Positions 1 through 8,875 of a DNA stretch of 32,000 nucleotides are shown here, piece by piece. The notes below the pieces were generated by a model. That model was not told where the DNA came from, did no database searches, and worked only from the letters and a program-made list of their open reading frames with translations. Both the position numbers and the translations under genes were made by a program. The first letter of the stretch is position 1; each line of letters begins with the position of its first letter. The DNA is from Alkanindiges sp. WGS2144 (GTDB lineage Bacteria > Pseudomonadota > Gammaproteobacteria > Pseudomonadales > Moraxellaceae), in NCBI RefSeq assembly GCF_043950625.1, contig NZ_CP171007.1. One strand, given 5' to 3'.

Positions 1-158
1 TGTGGCTAATAAACTACCCTAAATTTAGTAAAAATTTCGTGGCAGCTTGTAAGATAAATTACTGTTTTTTTGTATATTGCGTAAATTAAAGGTATCTTTG
101 CAGTTTTTAGTGCTGTTATCCCTGTACCCAACCCCTTTAGCACCTTGTATTGAAGATC

Positions 159-968
159 ATGACTGCCAGTTTGACCAGACAATTTGCCGTGGTAGGCAAC
201 CCGATTGAACATTCACGCTCACCCGAATTGCATCAGGCTTTTGCCCAGAGCACTGGTATCAATCTGGTTTATAGCAAACGGCTCGCCCCACTAAATGGCT
301 TTGCAGACAACATTCGGGCATTTTTTGCCAGTGGCGGCACAGGTTTAAATGTGACCGTTCCTTTTAAGGAACAGGCTTATTGCTTGTGTGATGTGCTCAG
401 TCCACGTGCACAGGCAGCCCGTGCGGTCAATACCCTGTGGCAGCAGGATGGCAAGCTGTATGGTGATAATACTGATGGACAGGGGCTGGTAGATGCACTG
501 CACGCCCTTGGCTGGAATCTAAAACAGGCCAGAATCCTGATTCTGGGTGCCGGAGGAGCAACCCGTGGTGTCATGCTCCCACTGGCACAGGCTGGCGCCA
601 GCCATATTGTGATTGCCAACCGTACCCTGAATCGCGCCCAGCAGCTGATTGATGATCTACAGCCTTTAATAACCAATACGCAACTGGACGCCACTGGACT
701 GGAGCAGCTATCAGGTGAGTTCGATCTGGTGATTAATGCCACTTCTGCCAGCCTAAGTGGTGACGCACTAATTCTGCCAAAAGCACTAATATTTCACCAT
801 GCCTATGAGATGGCATATGGCAAACCTTCCAGCTTTCTGGAACAGGCTACAGCACGTGGTGTCCCTAACAGTGATGGGTTTAGTATGCTGGTTGGACAGG
901 CCATTGAGGCCTTCTTTATCTGGAATGGCGTGAAACCGGCTCTTGAAGATTTCCTCAAGCTGCAATAA
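159..968 (+). CDS. aroE: Shikimate dehydrogenase (NADP+)
   Basis: Motifs seen: VVGNPIEHSRSPELH, NVTVPFKE, GDNTDG and Rossmann ILGAGGATRG. The ORF track starts at TTG 150. ATG at 159 (MTASL...) is the more likely start. Confidence 0.9.
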   Translation: MTASLTRQFAVVGNPIEHSRSPELHQAFAQSTGINLVYSKRLAPLNGFADNIRAFFASGGTGLNVTVPFKEQAYCLCDVLSPRAQAARAVNTLWQQDGKLYGDNTDGQGLVDALHALGWNLKQARILILGAGGATRGVMLPLAQAGASHIVIANRTLNRAQQLIDDLQPLITNTQLDATGLEQLSGEFDLVINATSASLSGDALILPKALIFHHAYEMAYGKPSSFLEQATARGVPNSDGFSMLVGQAIEAFFIWNGVKPALEDFLKLQ

Positions 969-1111
969 TGCGCGTGACTTTCAGGGCAAGATGGCCTAAT
1001 TTGCCCTATTGACAGTAAAACGCTGGTTAAATATCAATGTTTTTTCTTAATGCCATCTACATAATGCACCATCTTTAATCCGTCTATCGATTATTTTTGT
1101 CAGGATTGACC

Positions 1112-2932
1112 ATGCCTACCTATAAAGCCCCCCTACGTGATGTCCGTTTTTTGATGAATGAAGTACTGGATTATCCAGCGCACTTTAAAACCCTGTCCAA
1201 TGGTGAACTGGCTGATGCCGACACTATTGATATGATTTTGGAAGGCGCGGCTGATCTGTGCGAAAACGTCCTGGCACCGCTTTATCAGTCTGGTGATGCC
1301 GAAGGCTGCCATTACGACAACACTGTAGTGACCACGCCTAAAGGCTACAAAGAAGCCTACGACCAATATGTACAGGGTGGCTGGCAGGGGCTGTCCTATC
1401 CGGAAGAGTTTGGTGGCCAGGGTCTGCCGATGTCCCTAAACCTGATCAAGTCTGAGATGATGGGAACAGCCAACTGGTCATTTACCATGTATCCCGGTCT
1501 AAGCGCTGGCTGCATGAATACCATTTTGCAGTTTGGTACCGACGAGCAAAAAAACACCTATATGCCAAACCTGACACTGGGAACATGGAGCGGCACCATG
1601 TGCTTAACCGAGCCTCAGTGTGGTACAGATTTGGGTCAGGTTAAAACCCGTGCTGAACCACAGGAAGATGGCACCTATAAAATTTCTGGTACCAAGATCT
1701 TTATTTCTGCTGGTGAACACGATTTAACCGAAAATATTATTCATATCGTTCTGGCACGCCTGCCGGATGCACCCAAAGGCACCAGAGGCATTTCATTGTT
1801 TATCGTGCCTAAATTTCTGGTCAATGCAGATGGTAGCGTTGGCGAGCGCAACCCGGTATTTTGTGGTTCGCTTGAACACAAAATGGGCATTCATGCCAAT
1901 GCCACTGCAGTGCTGAACTTTGACGGCGCAACCGGTTACTTAATTGGCGAACCGCACAAAGGCCTGCACGCCATGTTCACTTTCATGAACACAGCACGCA
2001 TTGGTACCGCAGTACAGGGTATTGCCCATGCTGAACTATCTTTCCAGGGTGCATTGCCTTATGCCAAAGAGCGCATGTCCATGCGTGCGTTATCTGGTAA
2101 AAAAGACCCTGAAAAAGTGGCCGATGCCATTATCCACCATGCTGACGTACGCCGTATGCTGCTGACTCAAAAAGCAGTGGCTGAAGGTGGGCGCGCCATG
2201 ATTTATCATGCAGCCCAATTGGCAGATAAAATGACCGACTGCATGCTCAAAGGCGATCAGGCCGGTTTTGACTACTGGGACGACAAACTGGGCTTTTATA
2301 CCCCTATTCTGAAAGGCTTTTTGACTGAAATGGGTCTAGAGTCTGCTAACCATGGCATGCAGGTTTATGGCGGTCATGGCTATATCCAGGAATGGGGTAT
2401 GGAACAAATCGTACGTGATGCACGTATTTCTACCCTGTATGAAGGAACCACCGGTGTTCAGGCGCTGGACTTGCTGGGTCGTAAAGTATTGCTGTCCTCC
2501 AAAGGCAAGGCAGTACGTGACTACACCGCAGAGATTTTAAAATTCTGTAGCCGTCATGCTCGTAACAAGCAAATGCGCCGCTTCGTTTGGGATTTAACCA
2601 AAATCTGTGCCCAGTGGAATACACTCACTTTACGCCTGATGCTCACTGCACGCAAAGACCGTGATATGGTGTCTTCTGCTTCTGTTGACTACCTGATGTA
2701 CTCCGGTTACGCCATGATGGCTTATTTCTGGGCACAAATGGCGGCGGTTGCACTGGAAAAAACTGAAACTGGTGGTAATGAAGTCCCTGAGTTCTATCAG
2801 GCCAAACTACAGGTTGCAGAGTTCTACTTTGACCGCCTGCTACCACGTGCTTCTGGTCATGCCGAGGCGCTGGTTTCTCCGTCACGCAGCCTGACTCAGT
2901 TGGCTCCGGAACATTTTAGCTTTGACTACTAA
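1112..2932 (+). CDS. Long (about 600 aa) acyl-CoA dehydrogenase of the FadE type with a C-terminal extension domain
   Basis: Motifs seen: MPTYKAPLRDVRF N-terminus, GGWQGLSYPEEFGGQGLP, CLTEPQCGTDL and YGGHGYIQEWGMEQIVRDARISTLYEGTTGVQALDL (catalytic Glu context). The track start is TTG 1097. ATG 1112 is preferred. Confidence 0.85.
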   Translation: MPTYKAPLRDVRFLMNEVLDYPAHFKTLSNGELADADTIDMILEGAADLCENVLAPLYQSGDAEGCHYDNTVVTTPKGYKEAYDQYVQGGWQGLSYPEEFGGQGLPMSLNLIKSEMMGTANWSFTMYPGLSAGCMNTILQFGTDEQKNTYMPNLTLGTWSGTMCLTEPQCGTDLGQVKTRAEPQEDGTYKISGTKIFISAGEHDLTENIIHIVLARLPDAPKGTRGISLFIVPKFLVNADGSVGERNPVFCGSLEHKMGIHANATAVLNFDGATGYLIGEPHKGLHAMFTFMNTARIGTAVQGIAHAELSFQGALPYAKERMSMRALSGKKDPEKVADAIIHHADVRRMLLTQKAVAEGGRAMIYHAAQLADKMTDCMLKGDQAGFDYWDDKLGFYTPILKGFLTEMGLESANHGMQVYGGHGYIQEWGMEQIVRDARISTLYEGTTGVQALDLLGRKVLLSSKGKAVRDYTAEILKFCSRHARNKQMRRFVWDLTKICAQWNTLTLRLMLTARKDRDMVSSASVDYLMYSGYAMMAYFWAQMAAVALEKTETGGNEVPEFYQAKLQVAEFYFDRLLPRASGHAEALVSPSRSLTQLAPEHFSFDY

Positions 2933-2984
2933 TACCTACTGGTCAAGCTAACTGTGCAGGCTGGGTAACCGTCTGCACCCCCCG

Positions 2985-3022
2985 CAAAGGGCGCCGTTAA
3001 TCGAGCGCCCTTTGTTGTTTTT
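2985..3022 (+). terminator. Rho-independent terminator after the acyl-CoA dehydrogenase gene
   Basis: A 10-bp GC-rich stem, caaagggcgc (2985-2994) pairing with gcgccctttg (3005-3014), has a 10-nt loop and is followed by ttgttttt. It lies between convergent genes, so it may also serve the minus-strand lipoprotein gene. Confidence 0.7.
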
Positions 3023-3055
3023 ATAAAACTTAATACCTTTGACTTTACGTCGCTT

Positions 3056-3658
3056 TTAACTCGCAGCAGTGAGTAGGTACTCGGTGGTATCTGGCCGCTG
3101 CCTGTTTTTTAGAATCGCACTGTCATGTGGTTCATAGCGCAGCTTGCCCTGCTCTACCTGTCTAAAACTCCACACCTCATGATTGGGTAAAATCAGCATA
3201 ATGGTTTGTCCATTACCAGCGACTGTCCATATGGCTGTTTCCTTGTCCAGCATGGAATGAACCTTGCCCTGCTGCACCCGGGTACGAACGGCCGAACCAT
3301 CCGGCAATAATGTTAAGGTAACATCGACATTTTGCTGCTCACAGGGCGCTGCATGAGTAATGCAAGGCACCTGGCCAGTATAACGCCCGGCAAACTGTTT
3401 AATCAGCTGTGGTGAAAGTTGTATAGGTGTTACTTCCGCTGGCTGCTCGGCCAGCAGGTTCTGACTCTTTAAATCGCGCACTGCTGAGGCAGCTTCGCTG
3501 ACCGACAGTGCTGTAGCATCTACGCTTGAACGCAGGATTTCTTCCTGCTTGTCGTGATGCTGGGGACGCAAATCCAAGCTGTTACTACAGCCAGCAATCG
3601 ATACGGCCAAACCAGTCAGGCAGCCGCTCAACATTAACTTTAAATTATGTTTTATCAT
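3056..3658 (-). CDS. Lipoprotein with an NlpE-N-terminal-like (CutF-like) domain
   Basis: A signal peptide with lipobox IAGC is present (MIKHNLKLMLSGCLTGLAVSIAGC). The segment YTGQVPCITHAAPCEQQNVDVTLTLLPDGS parallels the E. coli NlpE segment WRGVLPCADCEGIETSLFLEKDGT, but with CX6C spacing. The coding call is solid. The family assignment is moderate. Confidence 0.6.
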   Translation of the reverse strand: MIKHNLKLMLSGCLTGLAVSIAGCSNSLDLRPQHHDKQEEILRSSVDATALSVSEAASAVRDLKSQNLLAEQPAEVTPIQLSPQLIKQFAGRYTGQVPCITHAAPCEQQNVDVTLTLLPDGSAVRTRVQQGKVHSMLDKETAIWTVAGNGQTIMLILPNHEVWSFRQVEQGKLRYEPHDSAILKNRQRPDTTEYLLTAAS

Positions 3659-4051
3659 CTATCTCTATCGCCTCTATAGTGCATAGGAGGAAGGCGTTCG
3701 TTATACAGGCCGGATAATTTGATCGTAAATGTGACCTTCATCACCTTCTATAGTAGGCATCATAAAGGTATATAATCTTCAAAATGAGCAGGGTTTAGTG
3801 CATCTCTTGTGTGTTTTTTTTGCGTTAATTAAGTAATAAGAGGGTTTAGCAACATGGAGCTTACCCATTTAACAATAGTTGCTACTTTTGCGCCAAATGT
3901 AAACAGATGTGACACAATTTCTCGGCTTTAAAAGGTATAACCCGTCCCCATAATATTAATAGGAATTTAAATGGTCATGTGTTTCTATAGGCTTTCACGT
4001 TTGTTATTAATCATTTATTTACCATGCTAATGCTGAGGAGGCAACGCAACT

Positions 4052-4291
4052 ATGGCAAATATTGGCTTATACCGCTCACGTCGTCGTCATCTGATCGCAG
4101 GCGTTATGGGTGGTATCGCTGAACGTTACGGCTGGAATCCCACTTTGCTCCGCTTTATTTTTATTATTGTTTCAATTTCAAGTGCTGCATTTCCAGGTAT
4201 TCTGGTTTATCTCATATTATGGCTGGTTATGCCTAAAGCGCCCTTACCCATTGAGCGCTCCGAGCCTTCTAGCTTACGCACAGTAAATTAA
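4052..4291 (+). CDS. Small PspC-domain membrane protein
   Basis: LYRSRRRHLIAGVMGGIAERYGWNPTLLRFIFII is followed by a hydrophobic helix, which is the typical PspC N-terminal domain. An RBS (gaggagg) precedes the ATG. Confidence 0.8.
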   Translation: MANIGLYRSRRRHLIAGVMGGIAERYGWNPTLLRFIFIIVSISSAAFPGILVYLILWLVMPKAPLPIERSEPSSLRTVN

Positions 4292-4333
4292 CCTCATTAT
4301 AAGAGTCATTGACCTGACCAAATAAAACCTTTG

Positions 4334-4359
4334 GCCTACTATCTCTTTTTTTAGTAGGC
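4334..4359. terminator. Weak hairpin between convergent pspC-domain gene and exbD (possible terminator)
   Basis: The stem is 8 bp, gcctacta (4334-4341) pairing with tagtaggc (4352-4359), with a T-rich 10-nt loop. There is no clean U-tract on either strand, hence the low confidence. Confidence 0.3.
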
Positions 4360-4390
4360 TATTGATTTATATAGATGCTAATGTGCCTGT

Positions 4391-4798
4391 TTAGGGCGCT
4401 TCACTGATAAAAGCCAGATCACTTAGGCCAGCTTTACTGGCCCGGGCCATTACTTGAGCGACGGTGTCATAGCGTGCTTCTTTATCTGCACGAATTTGTA
4501 CCGTGGGCTTTTTATCCTGCTGTGCGGCTACCGACATACGGCTGGCCAGCTCTGCTAAACTCACCGTGTCCTGATTCCAGCTCACCTGCCCCCTGGCATC
4601 TATGGAAATGGTCACTACCTCAGGTGGCTGTGGTGAAACAGCAGTATCCGTTTTGGGCAGGGTTAACGGAATGCTGGGGTTAATGATAGTGGCAGTGACC
4701 AGAAAAATAATCATCAGCACCAGCATAATATCAATCAGGGGAATGAGATTCATCTCATTCATGCCCTGTTCCTGCTCTTCTCCCAGATTAAAAGCCAT
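4391..4798 (-). CDS. exbD: Biopolymer transport protein ExbD/TolR family
   Basis: MNLIPLIDIMLVLMIIFLV is the single TM signature, and the periplasmic domain contains ADKEARYDTVAQVM. The start is trimmed to ATG 4798 (MAFNL...), 1 nt after the exbB stop. Confidence 0.85.
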   Translation of the reverse strand: MAFNLGEEQEQGMNEMNLIPLIDIMLVLMIIFLVTATIINPSIPLTLPKTDTAVSPQPPEVVTISIDARGQVSWNQDTVSLAELASRMSVAAQQDKKPTVQIRADKEARYDTVAQVMARASKAGLSDLAFISEAP

Positions 4799-4799
4799 C

Positions 4800-5426
4800 T
4801 TACACCTGTCCTCCAACCAGCGAGCTAGCCGGTGCCTTATGCTGCTCCGAATTATCGGTAGTCGTCACTCCGGGTAGCAGGTTTTCAATCAGCACAGTAT
4901 GCGCCCGGTCGTGCAGGCTATGGCTAAATACACGGTTCATGCGGGTACATATGTTGTAGGCAAGTACGGCAGGGATAGCAACGGCCAGACCAAAACCGGT
5001 CATGATCAGCGCCTCGCCTACGGGTGCCGCCACTTGTGCCAGCCCTGCCTGCCCAGTACTACCTATGGCTACCAGGGCATGAAAAATGCCCCATACTGTA
5101 CCAAATAGACCGACGAACGGTGCAATAGAGGCAATGGTTCCCAGTACTGCCAGCCCGCGCTCAGTACTTACACGGGCACGCGCCATTTGCTGTAGTAGCG
5201 CCTGCTCAGCCACCATTTTGCGTTGCTCCAGGCTTAAATGCTTAAACCGGCTTTTTAGTTGCTCAACCGACTGGTTCAATGCCTGTAGTGCACCGGCTTG
5301 AGCCTGACGGGTAGCCATTATACGTAATATAAAAATACACCAGGTAGCAACCGACATGGCCAGCAGGATGAAATACAAGGTTTTACTAATGGCGTCTGCA
5401 TGTTGCCAGTACATGGAAAAATTCAT
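4800..5426 (-). CDS. exbB: MotA/TolQ/ExbB proton-channel protein
   Basis: Motifs seen: IAPFVGLFGTVWGI and GEALIMTGFGLAVAIPAVLAYN. The start is trimmed to ATG 5426 (MNFSMYW...), which has a GAGGAG RBS upstream. The longer track ORF would overlap the tonB 3' end. Confidence 0.85.
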   Translation of the reverse strand: MNFSMYWQHADAISKTLYFILLAMSVATWCIFILRIMATRQAQAGALQALNQSVEQLKSRFKHLSLEQRKMVAEQALLQQMARARVSTERGLAVLGTIASIAPFVGLFGTVWGIFHALVAIGSTGQAGLAQVAAPVGEALIMTGFGLAVAIPAVLAYNICTRMNRVFSHSLHDRAHTVLIENLLPGVTTTDNSEQHKAPASSLVGGQV

Positions 5427-5442
5427 GAAGCCTTGCTCCTCA

Positions 5443-6261
5443 TTATCTGGATAATTGAAATACGAAAGGTTGAACAGTGTAAGCAGGCACAGCCACGCCA
5501 TTGATCCGGTGAGGACTAAATTTGGCTCTTTTCAATGCCCGCACCACTTTTTGGTCAAGTGGCCCCAATCCTGATGAGTTAATCACCTGTACCTCATCCA
5601 CCCGACCAGCAGGGCTAATGAATATTTTCAGCATGACTGTGCGCGGTTGGCCCTTTAAATCACGATCAGTTACTTCAAGGCGTGGTGGTTTTATATAAGA
5701 CACGCCCTCAATCTGCACGGGTTCAGTCGGTGGTTGAGGTTCAGACCTGGGTTCTGCCTTAGGGGTAGGGGTTGGGGATAACGGCACAGGCTCAGCTCGC
5801 GTTTGCTTGACGACAGTCACTGTTTCAGGTTCAGGCTGCAAAGGTGCTACCGCTTGAGGGCGCAAAGAGGGTGTAGGAGTTGCTAATACTGGTTTGGGCT
5901 TGGGCAACGGTTTAGGCTTAGGTGGCTCTTTTATAATGTTAACTTCTTTGGGTTTAGGTTGAAGTTTAGGTGGCTCTGGCCTGAGTGTGGGTTTAGGTTC
6001 TGGCGGTGCAATATGCACAAAACGTACTGCTATGGGCTTGGGCGCTGGCGGCACCTGATATTGAAGCGGTGCAATATGCACAAAACGTACTGCTATGGGC
6101 TTGGGCGCTGGCGGCACCTGATATTGAACAGGCTTTAAGATCGCCAAAGCAACCATCACTGCCGCATGGGCAAATAATACCAGCACCATAATACCGAGTA
6201 CACGACGATAAGGCGCTGGAGGTTTTATCTGAGACGTTTCGGCCTGAACCGTTGCAGTCAT
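5443..6261 (-). CDS. tonB: Energy transducer TonB
   Basis: An N-terminal TM anchor is followed by a long Pro/Lys/Glu-rich spacer (PKPKPLPKPKP, PEPKP). The C-terminal TonB domain contains VMLKIFISPAGRVDEVQVINSSGLGPLDQKVVRALKRAKFSP. It is the first gene of a tonB-exbB-exbD operon. Confidence 0.85.
   Translation of the reverse strand: MTATVQAETSQIKPPAPYRRVLGIMVLVLFAHAAVMVALAILKPVQYQVPPAPKPIAVRFVHIAPLQYQVPPAPKPIAVRFVHIAPPEPKPTLRPEPPKLQPKPKEVNIIKEPPKPKPLPKPKPVLATPTPSLRPQAVAPLQPEPETVTVVKQTRAEPVPLSPTPTPKAEPRSEPQPPTEPVQIEGVSYIKPPRLEVTDRDLKGQPRTVMLKIFISPAGRVDEVQVINSSGLGPLDQKVVRALKRAKFSPHRINGVAVPAYTVQPFVFQLSR
6003..6128. repeat. Perfect 2 x 63-bp tandem direct repeat inside tonB
   Basis: By direct comparison, 6003-6065 and 6066-6128 are identical at 63 of 63 positions. 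The repeat is in frame and duplicates the 21-aa unit (V/L)QYQVPPAPKPIAVRFVHIAP. Confidence 0.95.
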
Positions 6262-6620
6262 GAATCGTTACTCATTGATTAAGACGCTTTAAAAAAGTAC
6301 ATGCGCTGTCTACAGTCTCATCCATTAAACCGGAAAACCTATCACTCACCGGAACCTATACAACGCCAGGCCTACCTGCCCCTCATGCACGGTTTAACAT
6401 ATAAAGTATGCCTATAATAAATGAGAAGTGTTTTCATTTGCAATAATTTTATTGAAAGATTTATTATATGTAACCCGTCATCAGGGTATTACTGCTTTGT
6501 TTTATTACCCAAGCTTAGCAATCCTTGAGACTGGTCGAAAAAATTTGGCAAATAGGCCAGTGACTTATCACAAAAATTCGCGCATGTTTAGTTGTAATAA
6601 GTGAGCTGGTTATTTTTCTT

Positions 6621-7235
6621 ATGTTTCCTATGCTTCCCCCGCACGTGCCTCAGCGCGGCACCTCGCTCAGTCGTTCTTTCTGGCGCAAGGCATTTTTATC
6701 CCATGGCTGGCAAATCAAGGGCGAAATCCCCAATATTCCCAAGGCGCTACTCATCGGTGCGCCCCACACCTCCAATATGGATGGGTGGTATGCATTTATG
6801 GGGATTATGGGACTTGGACTGGATATTACGATTATGGCCAAGGATAGCCTGTTTAAGCCGCCTTTTCAGGCGCTACTTAAATGGCTAAATGTCATGCCAG
6901 TCAACCGCAGCTCAGCAACCGGACTGGTGGAGCAGGTCAAGGCACGTTTTGAGCAACAATCAGCCGTGTGGATTGGGATTGCTCCAGAAGGAACTCGAGC
7001 CGGAGCCAAGCAATGGAAAAGCGGCTTTTATCATATGGCTTTAAGTGCTCAGGTACCTATCGTCATGATTGGACTGGATTATGCCAAAAAACAGATTATA
7101 TTTTTGGGGACGTTTTATCCCAGTGGGAATTACAACAGCGACCTGCAAAAAATCCTGGCACATTATCAGGGCTTGACTCCCTACCATCAGAACAAATTAT
7201 CGCATCCGTTACGCAGCAAATCTTCTAGCAAATAG
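6621..7235 (+). CDS. PlsC-family (1-acyl-sn-glycerol-3-phosphate type) acyltransferase
   Basis: The HX4D motif is present in APHTSNMD, and the second acyltransferase block is IAPEGTR. The length is about 200 aa. Confidence 0.8.
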   Translation: MFPMLPPHVPQRGTSLSRSFWRKAFLSHGWQIKGEIPNIPKALLIGAPHTSNMDGWYAFMGIMGLGLDITIMAKDSLFKPPFQALLKWLNVMPVNRSSATGLVEQVKARFEQQSAVWIGIAPEGTRAGAKQWKSGFYHMALSAQVPIVMIGLDYAKKQIIFLGTFYPSGNYNSDLQKILAHYQGLTPYHQNKLSHPLRSKSSSK

Positions 7236-7336
7236 ATATTCAGCAATATTCCTGCCGGTTAAAGACAAAAATCAGCTTGCCTTTAACCAGCAGACTTTTA
7301 TGATAGAGCCTTTCATTTGCGCCTACTTTTTAACCT

Positions 7337-8272
7337 ATGTCTACCACGAATTCCCTGTTAAGCCGGTTTTTTATACTGTTTTTAAGCTGCATTAGCTTGG
7401 TAGCCTGCGATAAAAGCAGCAAAACCCCGCCTTCAATCACGCCGGTAGTCAAGCCACGTGAACCCGTCATTGCACTGGCACTGGGAGGTGGTGGTGCCAA
7501 AGGCTTTGCGCATATCGGCGCAATCAAGGTACTTGAGTCGCATGGCATCAAAGCTAAAATAGTAACGGGCACCAGCGCAGGCAGCTTTGTGGGTAGCTTA
7601 TATGCCAGCGGCAAAACCCCATTTCAACTACAGGAACTGGCCTTAAAGCTTGAGGAAGCCGATATTCGCGATCTCACCTTAAGCAAGCAAGGCTTTATTA
7701 CCGGACAAAAATTACAGGACTATGTCAACCGGAACATCAATAATAAACCCATTCAACAGTTTCCAATCCGCTTTGCCGCCATCGCCACCCAGCTGGATAC
7801 CGGTAAAAAGGTTGCTTTTAATCAGGGAAATGCCGGTCAGGCGGTACGTGCTTCCTGTAGTATCCCCAACGTATTTATTCCAGCAACCATTGCCGGCAAA
7901 AAATATGTGGATGGTGGCCTGGTGAGTCCGATCCCCGTACAAACCGCACGGGACATGGGCGCCGATATCATCATTGCCATTGATATTTCCGCACGCCCCA
8001 AAGCCGGACAATCTACTAACTTGTGGGGCTTGCTGGATCAAACCCTTAATATTATGGGACAGCAGAGCATTAATCATGAGCTGGCCCAAGCCGATGTGGT
8101 GATTAAGCCTGAAGTCGGTAATCTGGGTGTCATGGACTTAAAATCACGTCATCAAAGTATTTTGGAAGGTGAGCGTGCAGCCCAGGCGCAACTGGCAACC
8201 ATTGATCGTAAAATTCAGCAATTTAAACAGTCTTCCCGGGCTAAATTACCAGCAACTCCCGGCAAACTTTAA
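7337..8272 (+). CDS. Patatin-like phospholipase, predicted lipoprotein
   Basis: Lipobox LVAC is present in the signal peptide. Also seen: oxyanion GGGGAKG, nucleophile elbow GTSAGS, and DGG carrying the catalytic Asp. Confidence 0.85.
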   Translation: MSTTNSLLSRFFILFLSCISLVACDKSSKTPPSITPVVKPREPVIALALGGGGAKGFAHIGAIKVLESHGIKAKIVTGTSAGSFVGSLYASGKTPFQLQELALKLEEADIRDLTLSKQGFITGQKLQDYVNRNINNKPIQQFPIRFAAIATQLDTGKKVAFNQGNAGQAVRASCSIPNVFIPATIAGKKYVDGGLVSPIPVQTARDMGADIIIAIDISARPKAGQSTNLWGLLDQTLNIMGQQSINHELAQADVVIKPEVGNLGVMDLKSRHQSILEGERAAQAQLATIDRKIQQFKQSSRAKLPATPGKL

Positions 8273-8391
8273 TGCAATAACCCGCTAATGGTTTGGTTTC
8301 TTAAATTATTTTAACGCGGAGTCACGCATCATCGGATGGCTTGCGGTATGATGTTCAGATAATTACCCAAAAAAAATCAGGAGACATCAAT

Positions 8392-8844
8392 ATGGAATTT
8401 CAACCACAAGCATGGCATTGGGTAGTTGTAGGAGTAGCCCTGATGATGCTTGAGCTGATTTTGCCGTCTTTTACCGCACTATGGTTTGGGGTCGCAGCGG
8501 CAATTATAGCGCTCCTGCTGTGGATTTTTCCGGGTTTGCCGATTGAGCTGCAAATTATTGGCTGGATCCTTTTATCCATTGCCTTTACGGTATTCTGGTT
8601 TAAATATTTAAAGCCCTTGTCTTATGATAAAACCAAGGCTGGTTTGGCTCGTGAAGCGATTATTGGCCAAATCGGTACAGTCATTGCTGCACCGGGACTT
8701 GAGCATACCGGTAAAATTCGCTTTCCCATGCCAATTTTAGGTTCTGATGAATGGTTATGCCGCTCTCAGGAACAATTGATGGTAGGCGACCGGGTATCGG
8801 TAATGGATATTCTGGGTAATGAAGTGGTTGTACGTAAGCTATAA
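8392..8844 (+). CDS. NfeD-family membrane protein (short form, partner of the SPFH protein)
   Basis: Three or four N-terminal TM helices are followed by a C-terminal OB-like segment (GKIRF...GSDEWLCRS...GDRVSVMDILGNEVVV). An AGGAGA RBS precedes ATG 8392. The track start at 8341 is TTG without RBS support. Confidence 0.8.
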   Translation: MEFQPQAWHWVVVGVALMMLELILPSFTALWFGVAAAIIALLLWIFPGLPIELQIIGWILLSIAFTVFWFKYLKPLSYDKTKAGLAREAIIGQIGTVIAAPGLEHTGKIRFPMPILGSDEWLCRSQEQLMVGDRVSVMDILGNEVVVRKL

Positions 8845-8875
8845 ATTGATGATTGGATAACAACAGGAGAAAAAC

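Noticed and set aside
377-742. A 121-aa antisense ORF inside aroE. There are similar long antisense or out-of-frame ORFs at 1133-1366, 2643-2885, 7712-8089, 8681-8998, 12641-13120, 16312-16867, 23099-23428, 23886-24354, 24824-25141 and 31025-31327.
   Set aside because: All lie wholly within genes that have strong family motifs on the other strand or frame. They have Cys/Arg/Pro/Trp-rich, low-information translations and lack RBS context. This is typical of spurious shadow ORFs in moderately GC-rich DNA.
3790-3849. A 9-bp direct repeat, agggtttag, at 3790-3798 and 3841-3849 in the long intergenic region, with a T8 run at about 3815-3822. I considered it as an sRNA or repeat element.
   Set aside because: A single 9-mer recurrence within about 400 nt is close to chance expectation. 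No stem-loop precedes the T-run, so there is no support for a terminator or sRNA.
4391-6261. tonB-exbB-exbD considered as a MotAB-like module of a Zorya-type defence system.
   Set aside because: The gene order, sizes and the canonical TonB C-terminal domain fit the standard energy-transduction operon. No ZorC/ZorD-like large genes are adjacent.
6411-6470. Possible Fur box upstream of tonB-exbB-exbD (ataaatgagaagtgttttc and caataattttattg).
   Set aside because: My best hand alignment to the 19-bp consensus GATAATGATAATCATTATC gives only about 11 of 19 matches in a generally AT-rich region. Iron regulation of tonB operons is plausible from established knowledge, but this site is not convincing without a PWM scan or comparative footprinting.
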